Below are positions 26,399-35,480 of a stretch of DNA of 64,000 bases, piece by piece. The notes below the pieces were generated by a model. It saw only the letters and a list, made by a program, of their open reading frames with translations, did no database searches and was not told the DNA's origin. The number at the start of each line of letters is the position of its first letter. Positions within the stretch are counted from its first letter, which is position 1. This DNA is from Lactobacillales bacterium (GTDB lineage: Bacteria; Bacillota_I; Bacilli_A; RF39; UBA660): contig SVAG01000006.1 of NCBI GenBank assembly GCA_015059545.1, positions 723 through 64,722 on the forward strand, read 5' to 3'. The translations under genes were made by a program, and so were the position numbers.

Positions 26399-29023
26399 AT
26401 GAATAATACTAATATTAATAATGGTTTAAATAATGAAGAAGTAGAAAAATCTAGAGAAAAATATGGTAATAATTGTTTAACAAAAAGTAATAGTACAAGT
26501 TTTATAAAAAAATTTATAGAGTGTTTAGGAGATCCTATTATAAAGATTCTTTTAATAGCGCTTGCAATAAAAACAATATTTTTATTTAAAAATTTTGATT
26601 GGTATGAAACCATAGGGATTGTAATAGCAATTCTTCTTGCTTCTTTTATATCAACTATATCTGAATATGGAAGTGAAAAAGCTTTTATAAAAATGCAAGA
26701 GGAAGCAGCTAAAATAAAATGTAGAGTTTTAAGAAATTCTAAAATAGAGGAAATAAGTGTAGATGATGTTGTGGTTGGCGATATAGTATTACTTAATTCA
26801 GGTGATAAAGTACCTGCTGATGGAATTATAGTAGATGGTGATATAAGTGTAGATGAGTCATCTTTAAATGGTGAAGCAAAAGAAGCTTATAAAGAAGCAA
26901 TAAAAAATAATTTAATAAGTGAAAAAAATAAAGTATATAGAGGAAGTGTTGTTTATTCTAAAAGTGCTAAAATGTTAGTAGAAAAAGTAGGTAATCAAAC
27001 TATATATGGTGGTATTGCTAAAGAACTTTCTGAAAAAAGTCCTATAAGTCCACTTAAATTAAGACTTACTGAACTTGCTAAATTCATAAGTAAAATTGGT
27101 TATGTAGCAGCTTTTTTAATAAGTATATCTTATTTATTTTCAGTGATTGTAATAAAAAATAATTTTGATATTAATTTAATAATTGAAACTATTACAAATT
27201 TTCCAGTAATAACAGGTCATTTATTATATGCTATGACACTTGTTGTTACTGTTATTATAGTAGCAGTACCAGAAGGGCTTCCTATGATGATTACTTTAGT
27301 ATTATCATCTAATATGAAACGAATGCTTAAAAATAATGTATTAGTTAGAAAATTAATGGGAATAGAAACTGCAGGAAATATTAATATTTTATTTACTGAT
27401 AAGACAGGTACATTAACTAAGGGTAAACTAGAAGTAATTGGTTTTGTTAGTGGATCAAAAAAAGAATATAGTAATATGCTAGAATTAAAAAAATATTCTA
27501 AATTAAATGAGTTATTAGAAATAAGTATTGTTTATAATAATGAAAGTGTTTATAGTGATAATAAAATAATAGGTGGAAATATAACCGATAGAGCACTTCT
27601 TTCATTTGTTAATTCTTATAATAAAAATGTTAAAGTAATTAATAAAATACCTTTTAATAGTAAAGATAAATATTCTATAACAACAGTTGATTTTAATGGT
27701 AAAAAACATTTAATCAAAGGTGCTCCTGAAGTAGTAATGAAAAACTGTAAATATTATTATGATGAATTTGGAAATAAAAAATCATTTAATATGGAATTAT
27801 TTAATAATAAAATAGATAGTTATACTAAAAGAGGTATAAGAGTACTAGCTCTTGCTATAAATGACAATTATAGTTTAGAAGATAAGTTTAAAAATTTAAC
27901 ATTAGTTGGAATTGTTTTAATAAAAGATGAAGTAAGAGAAGATGCTATAGAAGGAGTTAAATTAGTTAAAAATGCTCATATTCAGACTGTTATGATAACA
28001 GGTGATAATAAAAATACTGCAGTTGGAATAGCAAAAGAAGTTGGACTGTTAGAAAATAATTATGATATAGTATTAACTAGTGAAGAATTAAAAATGAAAA
28101 CAGATGAAGAATTAAAAAAAATAATACCTAATCTAAGAGTAGTTGCAAGAGCGCTTCCTCAAGATAAAAGTAGATTAGTAAAATTAAGTCAAGAATTAGG
28201 ATTAGTAGTTGGTATGACTGGAGACGGAGTAAATGATGCTCCTGCATTAAAAAAAGCAGATGTTGGATTTGCTATGGGTAGTGGAACGGAAGTAGCAAAA
28301 GAAGCTAGTGATATAGTTATTTTAGATGATAATTTTATGTCTATATCAAAAGCTGTTTTATTTGGAAGAACAATATTTAAAAGCATTAGAAAATTTATCA
28401 TCCTTCAGTTAACTATTAATTTATGTGCTATGAGTTTATCTTTTGTAGGACCATTTATTGGTATAGATACACCTATTACAGTTATTCAAATGTTATGGGT
28501 AAATATGGTTATGGATACATTAGCAGGTTTAGCATTTGCTTTTGAACCTCCTTTACTTGAATATATGAATGAGTATCCTAAAAAGAAAAATGAATCAATT
28601 ATGAATAAATATATGATTAATGAAATTTTATTTACAGGTATTTATTCATCAATTTTATGTGTTTTATTTTTAAAACTTCCAATTATTAAAGAAATATATG
28701 ATTATTATATAACTGATGAATATTTATTAACTGCTTTCTTTGGATTATTTATATTTATTGATATATTTAATTGTTTTAATGCAAGAACTCATCGTATTAA
28801 TATTTTAGCTAATATAATGAAAAATAAAGTATTTATATTTATAATTGGATTTATTACAGTTATTCAATTGTGTATGATTTATTTTGGTCATAATATATTT
28901 AGAACAACTGATCTAACTTTTATAGAATTACAAATTATGATTTTGCTTGCATTTACTGTAATTCCAGTTGATTGGATAAGAAAATTATATTTAAAGAAAA
29001 AAGGTAAATTAACAGGGGTTTAA
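26399..29023 (+). CDS. Cation-transporting P-type ATPase, Ca2+-ATPase-like (type IIA/IIB)
   Basis: DKTGTLT phosphorylation motif, TGDN and GDGVNDAPALKKADVG hinge, and about 10 TM. 874 aa. Confidence 0.85.
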   Translation: MNNTNINNGLNNEEVEKSREKYGNNCLTKSNSTSFIKKFIECLGDPIIKILLIALAIKTIFLFKNFDWYETIGIVIAILLASFISTISEYGSEKAFIKMQEEAAKIKCRVLRNSKIEEISVDDVVVGDIVLLNSGDKVPADGIIVDGDISVDESSLNGEAKEAYKEAIKNNLISEKNKVYRGSVVYSKSAKMLVEKVGNQTIYGGIAKELSEKSPISPLKLRLTELAKFISKIGYVAAFLISISYLFSVIVIKNNFDINLIIETITNFPVITGHLLYAMTLVVTVIIVAVPEGLPMMITLVLSSNMKRMLKNNVLVRKLMGIETAGNINILFTDKTGTLTKGKLEVIGFVSGSKKEYSNMLELKKYSKLNELLEISIVYNNESVYSDNKIIGGNITDRALLSFVNSYNKNVKVINKIPFNSKDKYSITTVDFNGKKHLIKGAPEVVMKNCKYYYDEFGNKKSFNMELFNNKIDSYTKRGIRVLALAINDNYSLEDKFKNLTLVGIVLIKDEVREDAIEGVKLVKNAHIQTVMITGDNKNTAVGIAKEVGLLENNYDIVLTSEELKMKTDEELKKIIPNLRVVARALPQDKSRLVKLSQELGLVVGMTGDGVNDAPALKKADVGFAMGSGTEVAKEASDIVILDDNFMSISKAVLFGRTIFKSIRKFIILQLTINLCAMSLSFVGPFIGIDTPITVIQMLWVNMVMDTLAGLAFAFEPPLLEYMNEYPKKKNESIMNKYMINEILFTGIYSSILCVLFLKLPIIKEIYDYYITDEYLLTAFFGLFIFIDIFNCFNARTHRINILANIMKNKVFIFIIGFITVIQLCMIYFGHNIFRTTDLTFIELQIMILLAFTVIPVDWIRKLYLKKKGKLTGV

Positions 29024-29086
29024 CTTTTTTGTCGGTATCATCTTGATTTTCATATTTATCTATAATATAATTATTAAGGTGATTAT

Positions 29087-29635
29087 ATGATAATTAGACA
29101 TAAAGATTTAGTAAATAAGGGATATAGTGCTTATCAAATAAAGAAAATGGTTAATGATAAAAAGTTATATTTTGTAAAAAAAGGTGTATATTCTACTGAT
29201 GAAAATGTAAATTATTTTGAAGTAATCGCTAAAAAACATCCTAATGCAATATATACTTTAGAAACAGCTTGTTATATATATAAATTAAAAAAAGATATGC
29301 CTAAATTATATTATGTAGCAAGCAAACAAAAAGATAGAAAAATGAAAGAAGAATATATAAAACAAATTTTTATGACAGATAGCTTATATACTATAGGTGT
29401 TAATAATATGACATATATGGGTGTTAATATTAAAGCATATGATTTAGAAAGAACTTTAATAGAAGTTGTAAGAAATAAAACAAATATAGAAAATGATTCT
29501 TATAGGGAAATAATAGAATCTTATAGTAAAATATCAAAGCTTTTAAATAAAAGAAAATTAGAAGAATATTTACCTAATTTTAAAGATCCAAAAATCATTG
29601 AAAGAATAAATCACGAAGTTTTTAAAACACAATAA
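29087..29635 (+). CDS. Hypothetical protein with an AbiEi-antitoxin-like N-terminal domain
   Basis: MIIRHKDLVNKGYSAYQIKKMVNDKKLYFVKKGVYS resembles the AbiEi_4 N-terminal domain. No AbiEii partner is adjacent. Confidence 0.35.
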   Translation: MIIRHKDLVNKGYSAYQIKKMVNDKKLYFVKKGVYSTDENVNYFEVIAKKHPNAIYTLETACYIYKLKKDMPKLYYVASKQKDRKMKEEYIKQIFMTDSLYTIGVNNMTYMGVNIKAYDLERTLIEVVRNKTNIENDSYREIIESYSKISKLLNKRKLEEYLPNFKDPKIIERINHEVFKTQ

Positions 29636-29650
29636 TATTGTGTTTTTTAT
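29623..29650 (+). terminator. Rho-independent terminator
   Basis: aaacacaat-aata-ttgtgttt hairpin followed by a T-run. Confidence 0.7.
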
Positions 29651-29728
29651 TGTAATAAATTCCAAAATATGGTAATATTGATACTGTATTAACGTAAAGC
29701 AAATAGTAAAGGGAGCAAGTGAAATAGT

Positions 29729-30448
29729 ATGATTAAATTCGTAGTTTATGATGACGAAGAAGTATTTAGAAGTAATATTGTAAGTTGTATAAATAAAGTT
29801 ATAGATAATAATAAAATTGATTATAAGATTGAGGAGTTTTCTAAGTATAATAGTAGAATGCAAAAGGTTATCGATGAAGATTGTCCTAAAATTTATATTT
29901 TAGATATTGAAATACCAAATGGATTATCTGGTATTGATGTTGCTAGAAAAATTAGGGTAGATGATTGGAATAGTATAATTATTTTAGTTACATCTCATGT
30001 AGATATGGGTTACGATGCTTTGAAAGCACAAATTATGTTATTGGACTTCATATCAAAATATAATGATTGTAATAGAAATATTGAAAAAACAGTCAAGAAA
30101 GCATTATTGAAAATTGATAATAAGAAAGTTTTAATATTTGAATCTAATGATATTACTTATAAAGTATATACTGATGATATAGTTTATATTGTAAAAGATA
30201 CAATTGATAGAAAATGTATTATTAAGACAGTTTATAATGAGATTAGTATTAATGAAAATATTAGTACTTTATTTGATATGCTTGATAATAGATTTTTTAT
30301 GACACATAGAAGTTGTATAGTAAATACTGAAAAGATTGATAGAATTGATTGGAGAAATAATATAGTTTATTTTAAGAATGGATTCAATACAGATTATTTA
30401 TCAAGAGATAGAAAGAAGGAGTTTAAGGCGTATGTTAGAGGTTGTTAG
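29729..30448 (+). CDS. LytTR-family response regulator, AgrA-like
   Basis: REC domain (MIKFVVYDDEE...DIEIPNGLSGID) and a C-terminal LytTR DNA-binding domain. 239 aa. Confidence 0.8.
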   Translation: MIKFVVYDDEEVFRSNIVSCINKVIDNNKIDYKIEEFSKYNSRMQKVIDEDCPKIYILDIEIPNGLSGIDVARKIRVDDWNSIIILVTSHVDMGYDALKAQIMLLDFISKYNDCNRNIEKTVKKALLKIDNKKVLIFESNDITYKVYTDDIVYIVKDTIDRKCIIKTVYNEISINENISTLFDMLDNRFFMTHRSCIVNTEKIDRIDWRNNIVYFKNGFNTDYLSRDRKKEFKAYVRGC

Positions 30449-31736
30449 TTCGTTTATAATTTATTTTATTACACATTTATTAGATTGTAGTGTATTTTCT
30501 AAATTAATTGGTACAAAATTTAAAATAGATATTAAATTTATAGTATTGATTTCTATTTTTTCTTTTTTAAATATATATGCAGGATTGCAATATGGGAGCC
30601 TTGTTAAATTAATTATAACAAATTTGATAACATTTATATTATTTTTACTCATATATAAACAAACGATGTATAAAACTTTGATAGGAACAATATTTACATT
30701 TATAGGTGTGGTATTGTCAGAATCATTTTTTTCTGTTATTGCATTTGAAATTTTTAATATTAATACAATCAGTTTTATGAATAGTTTGTTTGGATTGATT
30801 GTAATTAATTTTTCAATATTTATTATATATCTACTAATATTTAAAATTAAATTTGTTGTAAGTTTTATTTCAAAAATAATGAAGTGGTATGAAGAAAGTA
30901 AACTGCTAAATTTAATTAGTTTATTTATAATTGTTATATCAATATGTTATGTTATTGGATATAAAATAATTTTTGACATATTTGCTTTGAATATTACTTT
31001 TTTACTTTTTAATATATTAGTTGGCATAATTATATTTATAGGAGGATATTTTAAAGAAAAATCTAGTAATAATAAATTAACAATTGAGTATGATCAATTG
31101 CTTGATTATGTAAAAACATATGAAGAAGAAGTAGTTGATAAGAGTAAAAAACAACATGAATATAAAAATCAACTTATAATTATAGATGATATGATTCCAA
31201 AAACGAATAGGAAAGCAAAGGATTATTTAAAGAAAGTATTAAATAATGTTGAAGATATCACTGATAATGATTGGCTAGTGAAATTAAAAAATTTACCATC
31301 AGGTGGTATAAAGGGGTTAGTTCATTTTAAAATAAAAAAAATGATAGAAAATAAAATATCTGTTTATATAGATGTTGATAAGAAGTTATCTAAAAAAGAT
31401 AATTGGGTTAATGTCGATAAAAATTTAGAAGATGTAAGTAGAATATTGGGTGTTTATTTGGATAATGCTATAGAAGCTGCATCAAAAGCTAAAGATAAAC
31501 AAATAATAATTGAATTTATAAATGGAGAAGATAGTATAGAGTTTGTTTTATCGAATAGTTATAGTGGAAATATAAGTTTTGCTGAATTAGATAAGGAAGG
31601 ATATTCAACCAAAGGAAAAAATCGTGGTGTAGGATTATCGCTAGTTAAAGATATTATTAAAAACAATAAATTATTAGAACAATCAAGGGAAATAAATGGT
31701 AAATTTTATGTTCAAAAATTATATATAAAAAAATAA
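30432..31736 (+). CDS. GHKL-type sensor histidine kinase, AgrC-like, with a 6-7 TM sensor
   Basis: Polytopic N-terminus and a C-terminal HATPase (..GVGLSLVKDII..). Overlaps the RR stop by 17 nt. AAGGAG RBS. The ORF-track start at 30378 is an extension. Confidence 0.75.
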   Translation: MLEVVSSFIIYFITHLLDCSVFSKLIGTKFKIDIKFIVLISIFSFLNIYAGLQYGSLVKLIITNLITFILFLLIYKQTMYKTLIGTIFTFIGVVLSESFFSVIAFEIFNINTISFMNSLFGLIVINFSIFIIYLLIFKIKFVVSFISKIMKWYEESKLLNLISLFIIVISICYVIGYKIIFDIFALNITFLLFNILVGIIIFIGGYFKEKSSNNKLTIEYDQLLDYVKTYEEEVVDKSKKQHEYKNQLIIIDDMIPKTNRKAKDYLKKVLNNVEDITDNDWLVKLKNLPSGGIKGLVHFKIKKMIENKISVYIDVDKKLSKKDNWVNVDKNLEDVSRILGVYLDNAIEAASKAKDKQIIIEFINGEDSIEFVLSNSYSGNISFAELDKEGYSTKGKNRGVGLSLVKDIIKNNKLLEQSREINGKFYVQKLYIKK

Positions 31737-31770
31737 GATTTAAATTAATAAATCTTATTTTTATTTTTAT
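31726..31770. terminator. Bidirectional terminator between the convergent HK and agrD genes
   Basis: aagattta-aattaa-taaatctt hairpin flanked by an A-run upstream and a T-run downstream. Confidence 0.6.
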
Positions 31771-31889
31771 TTTTCAATCATACTTTTTGGCATTTCTGGT
31801 TCATCTAAAATAAATCTTGGTGAACAAACATTTGTCATGCTTAAACTTCCAATAGTTTTAAATAATTTTGAAAAAAAACTTCTGAACAT
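31767..31889 (-). CDS. agrD: AgrD-like autoinducing-peptide precursor (40 aa); not in the supplied ORF track
   Basis: Minus-strand ORF MFRSFFSKLFKTIGSLSMTNVCSPRFILDEPEMPKSMIEK with a GGAGGA RBS 7 nt upstream. It has an amphipathic leader, a single Cys core, and a C-terminal DEPEMPKSM that matches the DEVEVPKEL / EEPKSL AgrD recognition tail. It lies immediately downstream of agrB. Confidence 0.7.
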   Translation of the reverse strand: MFRSFFSKLFKTIGSLSMTNVCSPRFILDEPEMPKSMIEK

Positions 31890-31934
31890 ACTTTAATCCT
31901 CCTTTTTGTTCTTTTATAATTAAACGGGCCCTGT

Positions 31935-32543
31935 TTAATTCATATTTAATAAGTAAGTTTTATAATTATCGTAACTCAAATGAAATATTTTATAAGTAAT
32001 AGGGAGAATAAGGAATATTTCAATCCATATTGAGAAAATAATTATATTTGAAATTATATCGTCTTTAATTATTAAAGATAAAATTGTAAGAATTATGCAA
32101 CTTATTGTTGATATTATTTTGTATTTTTTTCTTCTTTGTTCTTTTATAATTGGTGCTTTTTTAGTATCCGCAGGTGCATACTTAAATATTAATAATGTAC
32201 CAATTATTCCTAAAATAAATTTAATTATAAAAGGAATAATTATTATTTTTGTTAAAAAAGGTATTCCTAAAAATACAATTGAAGATGATAATAGACATAT
32301 CCAACTTTTAGTAGCATGCAATCCATGGGCTGATTCTCTTAATATATTAAAGAAGAATAAAAGTATTATCATTTCTCTAAATACACCTAATATAATAGAC
32401 ATTGGAATTATAAATAACATTTTAGTAAAAGTTAAATAAAATCCTTCTAGACTATATCTATATTCATCTATTTTAATATCATCTGTTTCAGGATATTGCT
32501 CTTTTATTAATCTAGTAGCAAAATTTAAAAATCTTTTTTTCAT
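31935..32543 (-). CDS. agrB: AgrB-family AgrD-processing membrane peptidase
   Basis: RESAHGLHATKSWICLLSS carries the conserved catalytic His and Cys spacing of AgrB. 4-6 TM. 202 aa. Confidence 0.8.
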   Translation of the reverse strand: MKKRFLNFATRLIKEQYPETDDIKIDEYRYSLEGFYLTFTKMLFIIPMSIILGVFREMIILLFFFNILRESAHGLHATKSWICLLSSSIVFLGIPFLTKIIIIPFIIKFILGIIGTLLIFKYAPADTKKAPIIKEQRRKKYKIISTISCIILTILSLIIKDDIISNIIIFSIWIEIFLILPITYKIFHLSYDNYKTYLLNMN

Positions 32544-32867
32544 ATAATCACCAACTACTATAAAAATTTTATCACTTAAAAATTAGATTTCAATCAGTAT
32601 TGCAAGTTATGTTTTTAAAGCAGTTTTAAATGTAATTTTGATTTAATTTTTGTTAAAAAAATACAATTCATGTTTCTAAAATGACGTTTTGCACAAAACT
32701 AATTGATTATGAAGAAATATCTTGGTATCATAAACTCGTTCGCTAAAAATAATGCCTTAAATGCAGCTGCGAAATTTGTCGGAATTTAGGGTTTTGTTTT
32801 TCTTGAAACAATAGCAGTAGAAGATGTATATTTAATATGTAAACAGAAATAAGAAGGAGGCATTATT

Positions 32868-33080
32868 GTGAGAGGAAAAGTGAAATGGTTCAATAATGAA
32901 AAAGGATATGGATTTATTGAATATAATGATCATGAAGATATCTTTGTTCATTATTCAGCTATATTAACTGAAGGTTATAAAACTTTAGTTGAAGGACAAT
33001 ACGTTGACTTTGAACTTGTGAGAACTGACAAGGGATTACAAGCTAAAAATGTTATCGAAGTAAAAACTGCTTTAGTATAG
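32868..33080 (+). CDS. csp: Cold-shock protein (CspA family)
   Basis: [18 protein letters not shown]..., containing the RNP1 motif. 70 aa. GGAGG RBS. Confidence 0.92.
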   Translation: MRGKVKWFNNEKGYGFIEYNDHEDIFVHYSAILTEGYKTLVEGQYVDFELVRTDKGLQAKNVIEVKTALV

Positions 33081-33142
33081 TAGTTTTTTTGTTTATTTTA
33101 TTTTTTTTTTATGATATAATCAATTAAAGAGAGGATGATGTT

Positions 33143-33670
33143 ATGAGATACAATATTCGTGGAAGTAAAATGGAAGTTACAGATTCAATTAGAAATTATA
33201 TTGAAGAAAAATTAGGTAAACTTGATAAATACTTCGAAAATCCAGATGAAATAACAGCAAGTGTGTTAGTTAGAGAAAGTGGAATAAACGATAAGGTTGA
33301 AGTTACAATTCCAATTAAAACTACAATTTTAAGAGCAGAAGTTTCAACAAAAGATTTATATGAAGCAATAGATTTAGTTGTTGAAAAATTAGAAAGACAA
33401 ATAAGAAAAAATAAGACAAGAATGAATAAAATAAATAAAGAATCAATAGTTGCATTTATTGATTTTGAAATTACAGAAGAAGAAAAGAAAGAAGAAGCTG
33501 TTGTAAAAAGAAAAACAGTTGAAATGAAACCAATGAGTGAAGAAGAAGCAATTCTTCAAATGAATTTAATAGGGCATGATTTCTTTATATTTAAAAATTC
33601 AGCGACTGATGAAGTTTCTGTATTATATAGAAGAAATGATGAACAATATGGAATAATTGATGTAAAATAG
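33143..33670 (+). CDS. hpf: Ribosome hibernation-promoting factor, long form (YvyD/HPF)
   Basis: M.YNIRG..MEVTDSIRNYIEEKLGKL N-terminal domain and a C-terminal dimerisation domain. 175 aa. Confidence 0.85.
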   Translation: MRYNIRGSKMEVTDSIRNYIEEKLGKLDKYFENPDEITASVLVRESGINDKVEVTIPIKTTILRAEVSTKDLYEAIDLVVEKLERQIRKNKTRMNKINKESIVAFIDFEITEEEKKEEAVVKRKTVEMKPMSEEEAILQMNLIGHDFFIFKNSATDEVSVLYRRNDEQYGIIDVK

Positions 33671-33695
33671 GTACAAATATGTACCTATTTTTTGT
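33667..33695 (+). terminator. Rho-independent terminator after hpf
   Basis: ataggtac-aaat-atgtacctat hairpin followed by a T-run. Confidence 0.75.
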
Positions 33696-33743
33696 TTTTA
33701 TGCATATAATGTTATATAATTTTGAAAAAAAACAAAAAAAATG

Positions 33744-33772
33744 TTGCATTTTAAAAAAAAAAATGTTATACT
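33744..33772 (+). promoter_or_regulatory. Sigma-A promoter (TTGCAT, 17 nt, TATACT) for the tRNA-Arg/tRNA-Pro pair
   Basis: TTGCAT at 33744-49, a 17-nt spacer, and TATACT at 33767-72, 20 nt before tRNA-Arg. Confidence 0.6.
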
Positions 33773-33792
33773 TTTGGAGTCAGAAGAAAGCC

Positions 33793-33869
33793 GCGCTCGT
33801 AGCTCAGCTGGATAGAGTGTTTGGCTACGAACCAAAAGGTCAGGGGTTCGAATCCCTTCGAGCGCACCA
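33793..33869 (+). tRNA. tRNA-Arg (anticodon ACG)
   Basis: GCGCTCG/CGAGCGC acceptor, CTACGAA anticodon loop, TTCGAAT T-loop, CCA encoded. 77 nt. Confidence 0.9.
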
Positions 33870-33874
33870 TATTT

Positions 33875-33951
33875 CGGGAAATGGCTCAACTTGGTAGAGC
33901 ACTTGGTTTGGGACCAAGGGGTTGCAGGTTCAAATCCTGTTTTCCCGACCA
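33875..33951 (+). tRNA. tRNA-Pro (anticodon UGG)
   Basis: CGGGAAA/TTTCCCG acceptor, TTTGGGA anticodon loop, TTCAAAT T-loop, CCA encoded. 77 nt. Confidence 0.9.
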
Positions 33952-33961
33952 TTTAGTAAGA

Positions 33962-33992
33962 TAAAGAACTTCTAGTGAGTTCTTTTTTTCTT
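33962..33992 (+). terminator. Rho-independent terminator after the tRNA pair
   Basis: aagaact-tctagtg-agttctt hairpin followed by a T7 run. Confidence 0.75.
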
Positions 33993-34081
33993 TTTATTTG
34001 CAAGCCCCTTGTGCTCCCAAACCTTATAAAGAAAAAAGCGTATACTAAAATACGCTCTGGGATTCAACAAAGACATTTTGG

Positions 34082-34825
34082 TTATATAATAATTTCATCA
34101 TATAATTGTAATAAATCTTCTTCTTTAATATCAAAACCAGTTCCATGGTCATATGTTTTTCCTTTTTTCTTTCCTTTTTTATAGACACTTACTTTGAAAG
34201 TAACCCTTATTTTACCTTGATCTAAAAGATTTATAAATTCATTAAAAGTTTTAAGTTTATAAAATTTTATTTTTGTATATTTAAAATAGATCCCATCTTT
34301 ACTATATTTTTTTATAGCATGAATATATGCTAGATATTCTAATTTTCTATACAATTTTTCTTCTAATGTTTGAAAATCCCAATATACATCTTTTTCTAGT
34401 AAATTATTTTTTGTATCATATATATGCAAAAATATTTTTTTATCTTTTTTGTTAATTTTTAATTCAAAGTAAAATCTATTGCCAATTTTTGTTTTTTCAT
34501 TACAAAAAACAGAATTGTTTAATACTTTATATTTTGGAAAATTCCTGTCAGGATATCCATATGTATCTTTAATTCTTTCAGTTTCTTTGTAATACAATCC
34601 TTCTGGTTTACAATTAAATAATGTAGTAAAAATATTTTTTTTACTTGTTTTAGTTTTGATTTCAATTCCATTATAATCAGGTATTTCTAAATTGTTTTCA
34701 TTATTTCCTAGTAGTGTTTCAAAAGTTCTTCCCACACTACTGTTTCCATCAATAATACTTTTTATCCATCCTTTCATTTTAATGTCTATAAATTTTTGAT
34801 TTAAATCTATAATGTTTTTTAACAT
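34082..34825 (-). CDS. MvaI/BcnI-family (MutH-like) type II restriction endonuclease homologue
   Basis: SSVGRTFETLLG..NNLEIPDYNGIEIKT matches the G..E..G..NN...D..G.E(I/L)K catalytic signature of MvaI/BcnI/MutH. 247 aa. Confidence 0.5.
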   Translation of the reverse strand: MLKNIIDLNQKFIDIKMKGWIKSIIDGNSSVGRTFETLLGNNENNLEIPDYNGIEIKTKTSKKNIFTTLFNCKPEGLYYKETERIKDTYGYPDRNFPKYKVLNNSVFCNEKTKIGNRFYFELKINKKDKKIFLHIYDTKNNLLEKDVYWDFQTLEEKLYRKLEYLAYIHAIKKYSKDGIYFKYTKIKFYKLKTFNEFINLLDQGKIRVTFKVSVYKKGKKKGKTYDHGTGFDIKEEDLLQLYDEIII

Positions 34826-34969
34826 ATAATTTCCTCCTCAATTATATTATTCGATATGAATAACTAAAAATCCTTCTAATTTCATAAAAAAATAATAAAA
34901 TAATAATAATAGATATTTGATATTTATTATTAAATATGTTATTATTTTATAGAAAGGAGTGGAGTGTAT

Positions 34970-35407
34970 ATGAAAAAAACTTTAGTTTTATTAGCAACAG
35001 TTGTAATGATAGGTCTTTCTACAGGTTGTAAAAAAGAAAAAGTATTAGACTGTTCAACTACACAAGAACAATCTGGTATTGAAATGAAACAAAATATGAA
35101 AGCAACTTTCAAAGGTAATGAAGTTACTGATGTAAAAGTTACTGTTGATGCAGTTTTAGGAGAAACTTATAAAAATTATAAAAGTTTATTTGTTTCATCA
35201 ATTGAATCATCATTTAAAAAATATGAAGATTTAAAAGGTGTAGATATCAAAACTACTGATAAAGATGATGTTGTAACAGTTACTTTAAAAGCAGATATTA
35301 CAAAAATGGATGATGAAGCAAAAGATGCTTTAGATATTGTTGATACAACAGGAAATTATGAAGCAACTAAAAAAGCTTTAGAAAAAGAAGGATACACTTG
35401 TAAATAA
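34970..35407 (+). CDS. Lipoprotein, DUF1307/YehR-like
   Basis: MKKTLVLLATVVMIGLSTGC lipobox. AAGGAG RBS. The ORF-track start at 34964 is a GTG extension. Confidence 0.6.
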   Translation: MKKTLVLLATVVMIGLSTGCKKEKVLDCSTTQEQSGIEMKQNMKATFKGNEVTDVKVTVDAVLGETYKNYKSLFVSSIESSFKKYEDLKGVDIKTTDKDDVVTVTLKADITKMDDEAKDALDIVDTTGNYEATKKALEKEGYTCK

Positions 35408-35434
35408 CATTTGATTTAATCAAATGTTTTTTCT
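35405..35434 (+). terminator. Rho-independent terminator
   Basis: aacatttgatt-taa-tcaaatgtt hairpin followed by a T-run. Confidence 0.75.
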
Positions 35435-35480
35435 TGCTTTTTTGTTATTCTGAATATATAATTAATATGCGAGGTGACTT

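Noticed and set aside
26380-30652. ORFs 26380..26613(-), 28189..28401(-), 29570..29863(-) and 30461..30652(-)
   Set aside because: They are antisense or overlapping within the P-type ATPase, AbiEi-like, response-regulator and kinase genes, with no RBS or motif.
32095-32439. ORF 32095..32439(+)
   Set aside because: It is antisense inside agrB, which has a much stronger family signature.
32560-32867. Long structured csp 5'UTR or promoter
   Set aside because: A plausible TTGAAA..TATATT promoter lies close to the gene at about 32800-32840, but I could not define a convincing conserved cold-box structure by eye. It is not reported as a feature.
33679-33952. ORFs 33679..33897(+) and 33698..33952(-)
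   Set aside because: They span the tRNA-Arg and tRNA-Pro genes and their promoter, and have no coding signal.
33975-34184. ORF 33975..34184(+)
   Set aside because: It overlaps the tRNA terminator and the 3' end of the minus-strand REase gene. It has no RBS, and the hairpin and T-run explain the region.
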